64,000 nucleotides of DNA from Octopus vulgaris (GCA_951406725.2 OX597834.1:30938001-31002000); one strand, 5' to 3'; positions 13,133 to 27,572 are shown, numbered from the stretch's first letter. The notes: generated by a model from the letters alone, not told the origin. Program-made: numbers and translations.

Positions 13133-13410
13133 GAAGCCAGACATAGTGTTAATTGAGAAAGAAAGCAAATGATGCTGAATCATAGATATAGCATGCCCAG
13201 CTGATAACAAGGTATGCGATAAGGAAGGAAGAAAAGTCGATAGATATGACAGGTTAGCTTGGAAAGTTAAGCAGTCGCTGTAAAATGTGGTAGTAGTGCC
13301 AATAATTGTCGGAGCCCTGGAAACAGTGAGTTAAAATCTTGAGGTGTACATGGAACCAATAGGGGCTGCAATAATGGTGGAGCACTTGCAGAAAATAGCA
13401 CATGTTCTAG
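13132..13410 (+). pseudogene. R4/Dong-clade LINE restriction-like endonuclease fragment next to (AAT)n
   Basis: KPDIVLIEKESK*C*IIDIACPAD...K.DRY..L...VVVVPIIVGALETV; directly follows (AAT)n at 13073-13131. Confidence 0.8.
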
Positions 13411-13559
13411 TAGGAATCAACAAGTGAACAAGAGCATTATGCTCCGAAGATGTTACCTTTAACAGGAATGCGAAGTATTAAGACAAAGCTCACGTAAACA
13501 ATAAAGCAATAACGATTAACATGAAAATTGATAACAAAATTCTCCAACTGAAGGAATAA

Positions 13560-14270
13560 CATCCAGGCGTAGCCAAAGAAGCCTCTCCGTCCATCTTGGA
13601 TCACCCCGACCGCTAACGGTGCCCGAAGAGGCCGTCCCTCTCTCATCCGTCCTCTTCATCCTACAGGCACAAACCTAGAGTAGACTCACTCACTCACTCG
13701 AGCAACCTTCATCCAACTTTCAACTAATTTACTTCGGGGGGCAGGAACCCTCCCCCACTTCTCTCACCTCCCTTTTGAAATGAAACTTGTAGAAGTCGAT
13801 GAGAGTTTGGCCGAAGAGGAGAGTGTCTGTCCTCAAATCTCTCAGTCAGTTCCACCACACAATCTCTTTCTCCATGGCCACCAGACAGAGGAAAACTGCT
13901 TGTCTTTCCCGTTCAAAGGATGGCGGTGGAGTGATCTTCACGATGGAGTCGGCCTGTAGCTGCTCGACAGAATTCCAGAAATACCCAGGGGTTATACGAG
14001 CGCTTGAAGGACACTTTCGTCTTTACGCGCGATTCTTGGACAGGCCCGGACGACCGTCTTACAATGCCTGTAGGATTTATCCTGAACTTGTAATGATCCT
14101 GGTTGCATTGTCAAGCCGAGGATTTTCTGGAAGTTACCTAAAGGACCTGGAATGAAAGACCTCCGGGACAGCTGATTCTCGCCGTCGCCCAAACTGCTTC
14201 GAACTTGGGCTCAAGTCCAGCAATTCTGAAGAAAGCGAATGGTTTGGAAGCATCGATCTTGATATTTGAT
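13560..14270 (-). pseudogene. L1/Tx1-group LINE 3' fragment (C-terminal zinc-binding region), degenerate
   Basis: DKSYRH...RACPR...DESVLQALV and AVFLCLVAMEKEIVW; homologous to 16810-17300. Confidence 0.65.
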
Positions 14271-14285
14271 CGATACTCTCTCTCT

Positions 14286-14698
14286 CTTTTACTCTTTTAC
14301 TTGTTTCAGTCATTTGACTGCGGCCATGCTGGAGCACCGTCTTTAATCGAGCAACTCGACCCCGGGACTTATTCTTTTTGTAAGCCCAGTACTTATTCTA
14401 TCGGTCTCTTTTTGCCGAACCGCTAAGTAACGGGGACATAAACACACCAGCATCGGTTGTCAAGCAATGCTAGGGTGACAAACACAGACGCATAAACACA
14501 CACACGCGTATATATATATATATATACATATATACGACGGGCTTCTTTCAGTTTCCGTCTACCAAATCCACTCACAAGGCTTTGGTCGGCCTGAGGCTAT
14601 AGTAGAAGACCCTTGCCCAAGGTGTCACGCAGTGGGACTGAACCCAGAACCATGTGGTTGGTTAGCAAGCTACTTACCACACAGCCACTCCTGCGCCT
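14286..14698 (-). mobile_element. SINE family A, full length
   Basis: Near identity to 571-978. Confidence 0.9.
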
Positions 14699-14789
14699 AC
14701 TTAATTTTATCGACCTCTACTCCGACAATCACTGCCACATACCACCACCAACACCACAACAAACATCAAAACTATCATTACATATAACA

Positions 14790-15340
14790 ACTACTACCAC
14801 CCGCCACCACCACCAACACCACCACCGCTACAACCACAACCACCACTACCACCACCACCATCACCACCAAAAATCCCCACGGATAATCAATGTGCAATCG
14901 CCACAATAATCACCAACTCTACCACCACCACCACTACCACCACCATTACCACTACCACCACAACCACTACAACCACCACCACCACCACCACCACCACCAC
15001 AATTACCATTACCACTACTACTGCCACCACAACCACCTCTACCATCGCTACAACCACCACCACCACCACCACCACCATTACCACTACCACCACCACCACC
15101 ACTGCCACCACCAACCCCACTACAACCACAACCACCTCTACCACCGCTACCACCACCACCACCACCACCACCACCACCATTACCACTACCACCACCACCA
15201 CCCCCGCTACAACCACAACCACCTCTACTATCGCTACAACCACCACCACCACCACCACAACCACCATCACCACCACTACCACCACCACCACCATGACCAA
15301 CAGGACGACCACCGACACCACCAACACCACTACCACCACT
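14790..15340. repeat. (ACC)n-derived array with a higher-order repeat
   Basis: Recurrent ACAACCACCTCTAC.A.CGCTAC at ~15030, ~15128 and ~15215. Confidence 0.85.
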
Positions 15341-15348
15341 GAAGTTAC

Positions 15349-15629
15349 CCTAGTTGCTGTTCCTGTTGCTGCTGTCGTTGTTGTTGTTGATGTGGTTCCT
15401 TGTTGACCATTTTCTGGCTGTCCTCCTCCTTCTGGTTTGTCTGGCTGCCGTTCTTTTTGTTGTTGGAAACAGCTTCTCTTGTGGCTGTTGTTGTTATTGT
15501 ATTCCCCCCCTGCTGTTCCAATTTAAACATCTTCCTTTAATTATGTCTCAGCTTGTTTTTTTTACAATCTTTTCTAGTATTGGCTTAAATAATAAAAAAA
15601 GAAAGGAAATTCAAACAAATTTTTTTACC
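15349..15629 (-). other. Candidate spliced exon (5'UTR plus possible start of coding sequence MFKLEQQGG...QEQQLG)
   Basis: ttcAG acceptor at 15634-15630; ATG at 15530 with a purine at -3; the 61-codon frame stops exactly in the donor GG|GTAACT (GT at 15348-15347); no homology recognised. Confidence 0.35.
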
Positions 15630-15632
15630 CTG

Positions 15633-15682
<50 letters not shown>

Positions 15683-15838
15683 AAATGCATGCACACACAC
15701 ACATTCAGATACAGACATACGTATGGACCATTAGTGTGTATGTGTGTGTATGTGTACACACACACACACACACACATATGTATATATACAGACGTTTGTA
15801 TGTTGCTATGAATATATCTCTGTATATGCATGTGTGCA

Positions 15839-15890
<52 letters not shown>

Positions 15891-16048
15891 GATGAATGTA
15901 TGTATGTATGTCTATATAAATGCTATGTGTAAATATATGCATATGTACGCTTGTGTGTATGCGTGTTGTAGGAATGTACGTTTGAATATGTGTGTATTTA
16001 TATGTATGTGTGTTTCTACGAATATATGTAAATGGATATGTCTATAAA

Positions 16049-16090
<42 letters not shown>

Positions 16091-16169
16091 TTATAGACAT
16101 ATCCATCTATCTGTCTATCTATCTATCTCTCTCACTCTCACTCTCTCTCTCTCTCTCTCTCTCTCTCGC

Positions 16170-16201
<32 letters not shown>

Positions 16202-16305
16202 AATGTATGTATGTATATACACCTATGTATGCGTATATATATTTGTGTGTGTATGTGTATATACATGTATGTGTATATATATATGTGTATATATATCTAT
16301 ATATC

Positions 16306-16337
<32 letters not shown>

Positions 16338-16609
16338 TATATACACATGCATTCACACGTACATACATTCATGCATACATACGCACATGCGTGTGTAGAT
16401 CGATATCATATATACATACACACACGCACACACACGTATATATATATATATGCACATACATACATACACACATGTACACACGCACACGCACATACACACA
16501 TACAGAGAGCAACAGTGACTGTCAGTGTCACATTGATTTATCAGAGATCCAAATGAATGTAAATAAAGACACCACTTATCAAAGTCAGGGAGAAAGCAGC
16601 AGTCGTCAC

Positions 16610-16652
<43 letters not shown>

Positions 16653-16809
16653 GTCGTCGTCGTCGTCGTCGTCATCATCATCATCATCGTCGTTGTCGTC
16701 GTTGTCGTCATCATCATCATCATCATCATCGTCGTCGTCGTCGTCGTCGTCGTCATCATCATCATCGTCGTCATCATCATCATCATCATCCAAGATCTGC
16801 CTCAACACA

Positions 16810-17780
16810 TGTGCCCTCCCCATTTTAGGTTTCCCGATTCACAGATCTATTTTCAAGGCGGTGCCATCCATCCACTGTCGCCATTTCTGCCACTTTCATC
16901 CTCCTTTCAATACATGCACTCGGTGGCAGCACCTCCCTCGGCACCCTCACATTCCTTCTCCGGTGAAACTCGAAAAGGTCGATGAAGGATCTACCGAAAA
17001 GACACGTCTCAGTCCTTAAACCTTTCAATCTCGTCCACCACAAAAACTCTTTTGCTAGATCTACCAGACAAAGGAAAGCTGTTTTCCTAACCCCGGACAA
17101 GTGAGAGCGATAGAGCAATCATCGCTATGGATTCGACCGGTAGCCGGATCCATCCTACACACAACAACAGCAGCAGTTCGAACACTGAACGAACGAGCGC
17201 TGAATAGTTTCATCGTTTGCGTACCTCTAAGATAGACTCGTCTAATCGCATTCCGTGCCTGTGAAGTTCATCTAGAACAGGTATCGCCCCTACGTAGCAC
17301 CTCTGATCAAAGTTCCCCTGAAAATTTTCCATGGTAGTTCCCGATCGAAAAATCGAAACAGATTAGCCAGTTCGTTTTCGTCGACGCCTAATCTCCCTGA
17401 AAACGTCACCAATCTTCCTTGCCACTGATTTTCAAAAGTTTGCTAGAGTGGGGCACGTACCGATCCCGTTGCTCGCATGGTAGAGGACGGTAAGCACATG
17501 ACATTCTCGGTACCATGTGTCAATTGCTCAGCCTCAGATTTTGTTTCATTCAGGGCTGTAGCATCGTCAAGAAGACGAACTGCGTTCAGACATTCCTCAT
17601 CATCTAGGAATCTTTGCAGAAGATGTATTCTCAGTCAGTGACTGCATTTCAGCAGCCACGGCATGCCTAAGCGACCATGTCATTAGTGTTGGCAGCAGGT
17701 GGACCACCTAACCAGTGGAATGTGTCATTTTCGCCTGATAATGAGGAGCAGACACTCCAATCTGATTAGGTGTTAAATGG
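16810..17780 (-). pseudogene. L1/Tx1-group LINE 3' fragment, degenerate
   Basis: AFLCLVDLAKEFLWWTRLKGLRTETCLFGRSFIDLFEFH...; same family as 13560-14270. Confidence 0.6.
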
Positions 17781-18769
17781 GATAAGGTTTAACAGTTCCG
17801 TCAGTTCAGCTCCTTGCAATGGTACTTTCATTATCTACTCCGAAAATGAAAAACAAAGGCAAAGTTAACTTCGGTGGGATTCCATGTCATATCCATATAC
17901 GTCAAAGTATTTTGTCTGGGCCTTTAACAACACGGCAAATTCGTGCCAGCCTTCTTCCAACTACTTATTGGAGAGGATATAGAAAAATCATCCTCCGCTT
18001 GATGAAAATCAGAAACATGTCATTTTTCTGCTCGCTTTTTCTCTGATAAATTCGTCGAGCAAGGAAGTACTACCTTCTGTAACATATCTCGTCCACAGCC
18101 TCTCATCATCATCATCATCGTCGTCGTCGTTTTCATCATCGTCGTCATCGTCATCGTCATCATCATCGTCATCTTCATCATCGTCATCATCATCGTCATC
18201 ATCATCGTCGACATCGTCATCATCATCGTCATCTTCATCATCATCATCATCATCGTCATCGTCATCATCATCATCATCGTCATCGTCACCATCTTCATCA
18301 TCTTCATCATCATCATCACCATAATTGATATTATTCAAGATCTTTATAGTTTTTGCTGGTTTTGCCAGTAATTTGATCTCATCTGGGTATTGTGTGTAAA
18401 GAAACTGCATAGAAAGAGTGATCGGGCTTGGGGGTCGTGTAGTGAGGGTAGTGGTGATGGGGATGATCATGATGATGGTCGTGGCGGTGGCAGCGGTGGC
18501 AAAATGACCAACAGAACATTGATTAATGGCGGACCGATGCCGTATTTCACGTGTTGATATGGATATGCAATGATGATGACGACGATGACGGCGGCGGCGA
18601 CGACAACAATGATGACGATGAAAGCGATGACAGATAAGGTGATGGCGACGACGACGATTATGATGATGATGATGATGATGGAGATGGTGATGATGATGAT
18701 GATGATGATGGTGATGATAATGGTGATGATGATGATGATGCACACAGATTTCATTAGAAATACATCGTC

Positions 18770-19108
18770 GTCGATGTTGGCGTGGTTACGTCCTCGTAAC
18801 TTAACGGTTCGGCCAAAGAGATCGATAGAATAAGTACTAGGAATAAGTCCTGGGGGCGATTTGTTCGAGTAAAGGTGGTGTCGAAGGCATGGCCGCTGTC
18901 AAAATGACTGAAACAAAAAAGATATATATATATATACAGCTTTTCTCTTTTACATGTTTCAATCATTGGACTGCGGCCTTGCTGGAGCACCGCCTTGAAG
19001 GTCTTTTTGTTTTTTAAAGTGTTGTACTTATTCTATGAGCTTTTCTTTATGCTGAACCGTTGGGCCGTGGGAACCGACATAGACCAACATTGGTTGTTAA
19101 GCAGTAGT

Positions 19109-19110
<2 letters not shown>
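18770..19110. mobile_element. Two decayed SINE-A 3' halves in tail-to-tail inverted orientation
   Basis: GCATGGCCGCTGTCAAAATGACTGAAAC (+) versus CATGTTTCAATCATTGGACTGCGGCC (-). Confidence 0.75.
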
Positions 19111-19206
<96 letters not shown>

Positions 19207-19564
19207 ACACGCACATACATGCATGTTTGAGTGTGTACTTATTGACAGTTAGGTAGATATGTGCATACTTCTGCAGATTTTATGTAAATTATTTTCACTC
19301 ATAAATTCTAATGCTCTATGAGTTATGCCCCCTATATGAGCTCTTTAATTACTGTGCTTTCTTCTACCATTCAAAAGCAATTCTACTCAGCGAAAATATG
19401 TAAATTTCGAAGGGAAACATTAGTTTCATTGTCTTTTTAATATCATTAATTGAATCACATACACCTCCGTAGGGTTCTTTGCTGAGACGAAACTTCCCAG
19501 TCACTGTGAAGAAAAGTACTTTCATTTTCTTCTCTCAATATTTGTATCTATATAGTCATAAAAG

Positions 19565-19946
19565 TGAAAGCGCATGGCTCAATGGTTAGAGCGTTGAGCT
19601 TACGATCGTGAGGTTGTGAGTTCGAATCCTGGACCGGGCTGCGTGTTGTGTTCTTGAGCTTTATTTCATGTTGCTCTTTATTTCACTTTATATATAACAC
19701 TTTATAACACTTTCTTTCATGTTGCTCCAGTTCACTCAGCTGTAGAAATGAGTTGCGACATCACTGGTGCCAAGCTGTATCGGCCCCTTTGCCTTTCCCT
19801 TGGATAACACTGATGGCGTTGGAAAAGGGAGGCCGGTATGCATGGGTGACTGCTGGTCTTCGATAAACGACCTTGGCCTGACTTGTGTCTCAGAGGGTAA
19901 CTTTCTAGGTGCAATCCCATGGTCAGTCATGACCGAAGGGAGTCTC
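19565..19946 (+). mobile_element. tRNA-derived SINE family D
   Basis: TGGCTCAATGGTTAGAGC (A box)...GAGTTCGAATCC (B box) followed by a non-tRNA body. Confidence 0.75.
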
Positions 19947-20394
19947 AGCATACAGTCATACATACATACATACACACATACATACATACATACATACATA
20001 CATACATACATACACATATTGTACACATGCATTGAAGTATTTTTCTCAAGGTTGCCATATCTAGTGTCATATCATCACCATCATCATCATCATCACCATC
20101 ACTCATCATCACCATTTGACATCTGGGCTGGACAGTTCAACTGGAGCCAGTGACCCAGTGGACTGCCCCAACCTCCAGTGTTTGCTTTGGCATGGTTTCT
20201 GATTAAGGTAAATCATTCTTGTCATTGCTGCCTCTTTCATTGTATACCCAGGACACATTGTTTTTAAGATTATAGAGCAGATTTGGCTGCTATTTCCAGC
20301 AAATTGAGTGACCATGAAGACACTTCCTCATTTGCTCACTTTATTTATAATATAGAGCCAGATGAGATTTTGATTTTTTCTCCCTTATAAATAT

Positions 20395-20815
20395 CCTTTC
20401 TACTACAGGCACAAGGCCTGTAGCTTTTTTTTTTTTTTTTTGGCGGTGGGGAACTAGTTGATTATATCAACCTCAGTATGCATCTGGTACTTATTTCATC
20501 GACCCTGAAAGGATGGAAGGCAAAGTCAACCTTGACAGAATTTGAACTCAGAACCTAATGACAGACAAAATGGCGCCAAGCATTTTGCCCCACGTGCTAA
20601 CGACTCTGCCAGCTTCCTGCCTTTAGTTTCGAATTTTGACACAAGGCCAGCAATTTTGAGGGAGTGGGGAAGTTGATTAGATTGACCCCAATATGCAACT
20701 GGTACTTGTTTTATCGATTCCGAAAAGATGAAAAGTAAACTCGACCTCGGTGGAATTTGAACTCGGAACATAAAGATGGACAAAATGCTGCTTACCATTC
20801 TGCCAGCTCGCCGCC
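20395..20815 (-). mobile_element. Two tandem decayed SINE-C copies
   Basis: Two occurrences of GGTACTT...TCGA.CC.GAAA.GATG.AAGG/GT.AA...GAATTTGAACTC. Confidence 0.8.
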
Positions 20816-21498
20816 TTTCTCCCTCTTTGGTTTTGAAAACGTCAATATTCTTCAGAGTCTCTTGAAGTTAATAAATACATAAAAGCTTATTTAGAGGACT
20901 TTTACCTTTGTTGGTCCATGAAGAGATATACAGATTTGCACGTCCATTCTACAAATCACACACACACAAACACACACACACATACACACACACACACACA
21001 CACATACACACACAGGCTCATACACACACACACATACTATTTACCTCATATGTATATATACAAACACATACATCCATTTCTTCACACACATTTTGTTACA
21101 CACACATTTTCTCTCTCTCTCCCTCTCATACACACACTCACATACCAGTGCACACATACACACATACATGCGTATACCTTGTCTCGTATAAATTTTCACG
21201 CACTCTCCTTCACACACACACTCACACACACACTCACACACACACACACACATACGCACACATACTTTGTCTCATATAGATGCTCACTCCCTCACACACA
21301 CACACACACACACACACCTACAAGCACAAATACATTCGTCTATAAACACACCTACACACCTACATGTATAAATCTACAAATGCATACATACACACACACA
21401 CACACACCAACAATCACACACTCACAAGTATCATGCCCATGCACATACACAAATCCATACAGACACATACAACTACACCCTCACACACACACACACAC

Positions 21499-21643
<145 letters not shown>

Positions 21644-22608
21644 CACACAAACACAAACACAAACACACACACACACACACAAGCACACACACACACACAC
21701 AAACAGCTCACCTCACATAAATCACTGTTAGAATTCAATCTCTTGTTTTCTGTTTATTTTTTTCTCTTTTATTTCTGTTTTTTGTTTTTCTTTTCTTTTC
21801 TGTTTTTTTTTTTTCAACTGAAGTTGAAATATATTAACAGAATTAATGTCTTAAAGGAAAATATATATTTTTTTTATGTAATAGATTTGAAGTTAATGTT
21901 GAGAAAAAATGGGGTAGGAGGGGTAGGAGGAGTAGGAGATGTAGGGGTATGAGCTGGAGGAGGAGGAGGAGGAGGAGGAGGAGCACGAAAGAGACTGAAG
22001 ATGAGGTTGAAGAACAGGAAGGAAGAGGGAGGCAAGATCGAAGATGATGAAGAAAATGAAAAGAGGGGAACAAAAAAGAAGAAAGGAAAATGAGGAGGTG
22101 AAGAAGAAAGAAGTGAAGAAGAAGAAGTAGAAGTAGAAGAAGAGAGAGAAGAAGGATTAATTAAAGGAGAAGATGAAGAATAAGGAGATAAATTATAATG
22201 AAGAAAATGGAAGAAAAAAAACAAAAAAAGAAAATGGTAAGGAATCAGAAAATACCAAAAAATAGGGAAAAAAATGCCAACAACAACAACAACAACAACA
22301 CAACAAACAAGTGAAGTTCTTTAGCCCGTTCTTACACCCCTTACAAATCTACCCCCAAACCAACAGGGCGGCTAAATAAAATCCCATAATTCTGTAAGTG
22401 AAACCTTTATATTACGTTAGACAATACCAGAGTCGAGTGTCACTGTGACAGCATTTCATTTTGACGGTGATGTAACCAACACTTGGAAATATTAAATGAA
22501 GACGTACATGCACGCGCATGCACACACACATGCACATACATATATATGTACATATATGTGTGTGTGTATATATATATATGTATGTATATATGTGTATATA
22601 TATGTATG

Positions 22609-22692
<84 letters not shown>

Positions 22693-22804
22693 CACATATA
22701 TATGTATAGATATACATGTGTACCTATGTGAGCATACCTATATATCTAGATTTATACACACAGATACACCCCCACAAATATATAGACATAGATATATATG
22801 CATA

Positions 22805-22845
<41 letters not shown>

Positions 22846-22905
22846 ATATGTATATGTATATCTATATGTATGTATATATGTATATATATATGTATATATA
22901 TACAT

Positions 22906-22937
<32 letters not shown>

Positions 22938-23023
22938 TCACATACGCACACACAATCATATAATATAAGCATATATACATACATGCATACATGCATACAT
23001 GCATACATACATACATACATACA

Positions 23024-23057
<34 letters not shown>

Positions 23058-23062
23058 ATATA

Positions 23063-23096
<34 letters not shown>

Positions 23097-23234
23097 CATA
23101 CACTGTCCAATACGCATTAATGTTCAAACATGCAAACATACCTTCATGTTAGTGACCGACTTGAATTCTGCATAAAAAAATCAGCTTGAATGAATCTTGA
23201 AGAAACACATGTATACACACAAGCATGCATATAT

Positions 23235-23281
<47 letters not shown>

Positions 23282-23282
23282 A

Positions 23283-23329
<47 letters not shown>

Positions 23330-23547
23330 ATGTGTGTATGTATGTGTGTGTATATATACATGTGTGTATATATACACATATATAATATATATACATACAT
23401 ACACATATATATAGATGCACATATCTATGTGCGTTTGTATGTATATAGGGGCATTCTTATATGCATGCATACACATACATATATATATGTATTCATAAAT
23501 ACTTGTATGCAAGCATACATATATACATGCATACACACATACATATA

Positions 23548-23596
<49 letters not shown>

Positions 23597-23689
23597 GTGT
23601 GTCTATATGTATGCTCACAAACACACACGTTCATGTGTATATGTACCTCATGCATATATACGTATTTATGCACAGACAACTATTAGATA

Positions 23690-23727
<38 letters not shown>

Positions 23728-24032
23728 GCACACACACACGTGTGTATGTATAATTCTACATAGACACCCACTTACACTTCATCTGTCTGTGTGTCTGTCT
23801 GTGTCTCTATCTCTGTCTGTCTGTCTGTCTCTCGCATACTACAACAAACACCCCTCATTCCTCTTGCATGTGCTCATAGCTGGTGTGTGAGATTAAGAAG
23901 TTTTCTTTTACAGCCTTCTGGTTCCAAGTTCAATCACATTAATGGCTAAATTCCAAAAGAGAATCCTACCATAGTTTGGGGGTGACCATCACCTTGCAGA
24001 AAACCTACCTAACAGTAACCACTCTAACACCA

Positions 24033-24250
24033 TGGATGCCCTTCCTAACACCAACCACTCTACATATATACGTGTGTATGCATATATGCAACATCAGAGT
24101 GGTTGGTGTTAGGAAGGGCATCCAGCCGTAAAAATCCCACCAAAACAGTTACAGTTGCCCAGGATAGTTTTTCTATGTGGCCAGCTCCTGTGACCTGTCC
24201 TACCCATGCTTGTATGGAATATGGACGTTAAATGATGATGATGATGATGA
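24033..24250 (+). mobile_element. Repeat family E (RTE-type, (GAT)n tail) with a perfect 29-bp 5' foldback
   Basis: 24033-24061 is the exact reverse complement of 24096-24124; related copies at ~24470-24900, ~25010-25210 and ~20100-20260. Confidence 0.7.
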
Positions 24251-24469
24251 TATATTGTTCTGGTGTTATAATGGCATGCTTCATGAATTCTCTTTTTTGT
24301 GGTTTGGGTTTTAACTGGCCTTTTTAGCATGTAAGGAGTCCTGTCAATGATCTCCTCTTTCCGTATAAAAATATTTTATACAGTCTTATATTTCTTAAAA
24401 TATGTTACATCTTATGACCTATTTATGTATGCTAAACACTGGTAATAAATTATGTTAATGAAACCACAG

Positions 24470-24905
24470 CTGTAGCCTACACCAGTGTCACATAACCAGC
24501 CCATTTAAAAAGTACCTTTGAATTGTTGGGCGACATTCTGTGCTTGAGGAGACCTATTGAGTCGAGTAAAATCAAAAATCAACATCAAATCAAATCACAA
24601 TCAAATGGAAATTGTAATTGTGGCTGATGTCAGTTCCACCTGACTGACTACCTGTGCTGGTGGCATGTAAAAAGCACCACCTGAATTTGGTCGATGCCAG
24701 CTCCCTCACCCCGACTGGCTCCTCTGCCAGTGGCATGTAAAAAGCACCCACTACACTCTCGGAGTGGTTGGCGTTAGGAAGGGCTTCCAGCCGAAGAAAC
24801 TCTGCCAGATCAGATTGGAGCCTGGTACAGTCTACTGGCTTGCCAGTCCCCAGTCAAACCGTCCAACCCATGCCAGCATCGAAAATTAAACAATGGTGCT
24901 GATGA
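24470..24905 (+). mobile_element. Repeat family E
   Basis: AAAAAGCACCCACTACACTCTCGGAGTGGTTGGCGTTAGGAAGGGC...CCAACCCATGCCAGCAT. Confidence 0.7.
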
Positions 24906-25408
24906 TGTATTTGTGTGTGCGTGTGTATGTATGTATGTATGTATGTATGTATGTATGTATGTATGTGTCTGTGTGTATGTGTGTGTGTATGTATGTATGT
25001 ATGATTATTGTAAACGAGTGTCACCCTCATACAAGTGGTGTCCTCTGTTCCTTTCCAGACATCTGTGGAATCACGTCCAGCTATGAAGAAATGTTACCTT
25101 ACTCGGTAACAGGTGAAGGTTAGCTTCAGGAATGGCATCCAATTGTAGGAAGTCTTCCTCAACCAAATTCTTTCTGATCCATGCAAGCATGGAAACATTG
25201 GCGTTAAAGTGACAATCATGACATGTATACACACACACACACACACATGCTCACACACACACGCACGCACACACACGCACACACACATGCACACACACAC
25301 ACACACGCACGCGCACGCACACACACACATGCACACACACACACACGCACACGTACGCACGCACGCACACACACACGCACGTACACACACACACACGCAC
25401 GTACACAT

Positions 25409-25487
<79 letters not shown>

Positions 25488-26022
25488 TATATAGAAAACC
25501 GGACCCGTTGAAGTCTAAGGTGATCCTCACAGTTGGAGATTACCAGCTTCTTAAATGTAACTGGTTCCTTCTTTTTCAGGATGGAGAAAGAGTTGAAAAG
25601 CTCAGGTGGGGTTGCATGAAATGTAACCGAGAGAAGGAAAGGGCACTCAAGGGTTAAGTTGTGGTTAGATGTATGAGATAGTCTAGGAGAATGCACAGCC
25701 TGTTCCTCAGCACAGGGCTCAGTATGGCTAGGGGGTGTCTTTGACGAATTTGCTGGGGTTGCTCCCCAGCAAAAATGAAAAAAAAGATAAAATGGAAAAC
25801 AATCCCCTTGAATCTGACAAAATCCCTACTCCTGAGAATGCTGGAACAGCCTTGTTTTTGCTAAGCAAAATTTCTCTTGGATGCGATGTAGGAAGCCCAG
25901 GACATCATCATCATCATCATCGTCATCATCACCACCATCATCATCATCATCATCACCACCACCACCACCACCACTACCACCACCACCATCACCATCACCA
26001 TCACCATCATCATCATCATCAT

Positions 26023-26054
<32 letters not shown>

Positions 26055-26241
26055 TCACCACCACCACCACCACCACCACCACCACCACCACCATCATTAT
26101 CATCATCATCATCATCATCATCACCATCATCACCACCACCACCACCACCACCATCACCACCACCACCACCACCACCACCACCACCACCACCACCACCACC
26201 ACCACCACCACCACCACCACCACCACCACCATCATCACCAC

Positions 26242-26273
<32 letters not shown>

Positions 26274-26831
26274 ACAAGAGTAACAGTGGTGGGTTGGATG
26301 AAGGGCCTTTGTCAAACAGCTCAAGGTGGCACAGCTCACGAACAGATAGATGTATGGTGCATCAGAATAATAAACACAAGCCCTTCCTATACGACAAGAA
26401 GTGCATCCCCACCCACCTCTATCCTCTGTGACCTGTACTTGTTGACTTCATGACGCTGATCCTGGCTTTGCAACCAGCTTCCTGGTGTCAGCAGGACCCA
26501 TTTTCACACACACACACACACACACACACTTTTGGGATTCATAATAGTTTCTGTCTACCAAATCCATTCACAAGGTATATCAGTTGGCCCAGGACTGTAG
26601 TAGAAGACATTTAGCCGAAGTACCGTGACGTGAGACTGAACCTGAAGCCACATGGTTGCAAAGTGAACTTGTTAACTACACAGCCATGAATGGCAGAACC
26701 ACAAAGTGACTCAGTGACTGAGAGTTTCCTATAAAGCACCTACGTGCCTGTCTGTCTGCCTGTCTCTATCTCTATATCTGTCTGTGTGTCTATCAGTCAT
26801 TCTGTTTATCTCTCTCTCTCTCTCTCTTCTC

Positions 26832-26899
<68 letters not shown>

Positions 26900-26900
<1 letters not shown>

Positions 26901-27232
26901 AAGAAATATAACATGTGTCTTCATTGACCGAGGTTACCGTGGTCTTTTCCGTAGGCTTTTCTTTCCACGGGTAAACCTCACCTGTCCTCCCCTTCACACT
27001 TCATATTGACATTTCTGTGATAACGATCCCTATTGATCAATTTTCCCTTTTTTTCCCTCCCCACTTTTAAAAAAAAAATTTTATTCCCCCCTTTTTTTGT
27101 CCTCTTTCTTTCCCTTTACGATCCCTTTTGATCGAAAACCAAACCCCCTTTTTTTACCCCCAAAAGAAAAGCTCTACTTTGTAATTTTGTCCTGTCTGTG
27201 TGCAGCCCTGTGTGGCTAATAAAGAAACATAT
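26900..27232 (+). mobile_element. Probable LINE 3' UTR fragment inserted in (TATC)n
   Basis: Ends TTTGTCCTGTCTGTGTGCAGCCCTGTGTGGCTAATAAAGAAA, similar to the SINE-C tail; (TATC)n on both sides. Confidence 0.5.
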
Positions 27233-27247
27233 CTATCATCCTATCTA

Positions 27248-27350
<103 letters not shown>

Positions 27351-27549
27351 GTTTCTTTATTACCCACAAGGGGCTAAACACAGAGGGGACAAACAAGGAC
27401 AGACAAACGGATTAAGTCGATTACATCGACCCCAGTGCGTAACTGGTACTTAATTTATCGACCCCGAAAGGATGAAAGGCAAAGTCGACCTCGGCGGAAT
27501 TTGAACTCAGAACGTAACGGCAGACGAAATACGGCTACGCATTTCGCCC
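27351..27549 (-). mobile_element. SINE family C, 5' truncated
   Basis: Near identity to the reverse complement of 37985-38216. Confidence 0.9.
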
Positions 27550-27572
27550 CTGTCTTTCTGTCTGTCTCTCTC

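Noticed and set aside
22394-22399. GTAAGT donor after a purine-rich stretch
   Set aside because: No acceptor, ORF or other support; the hexamer is expected by chance
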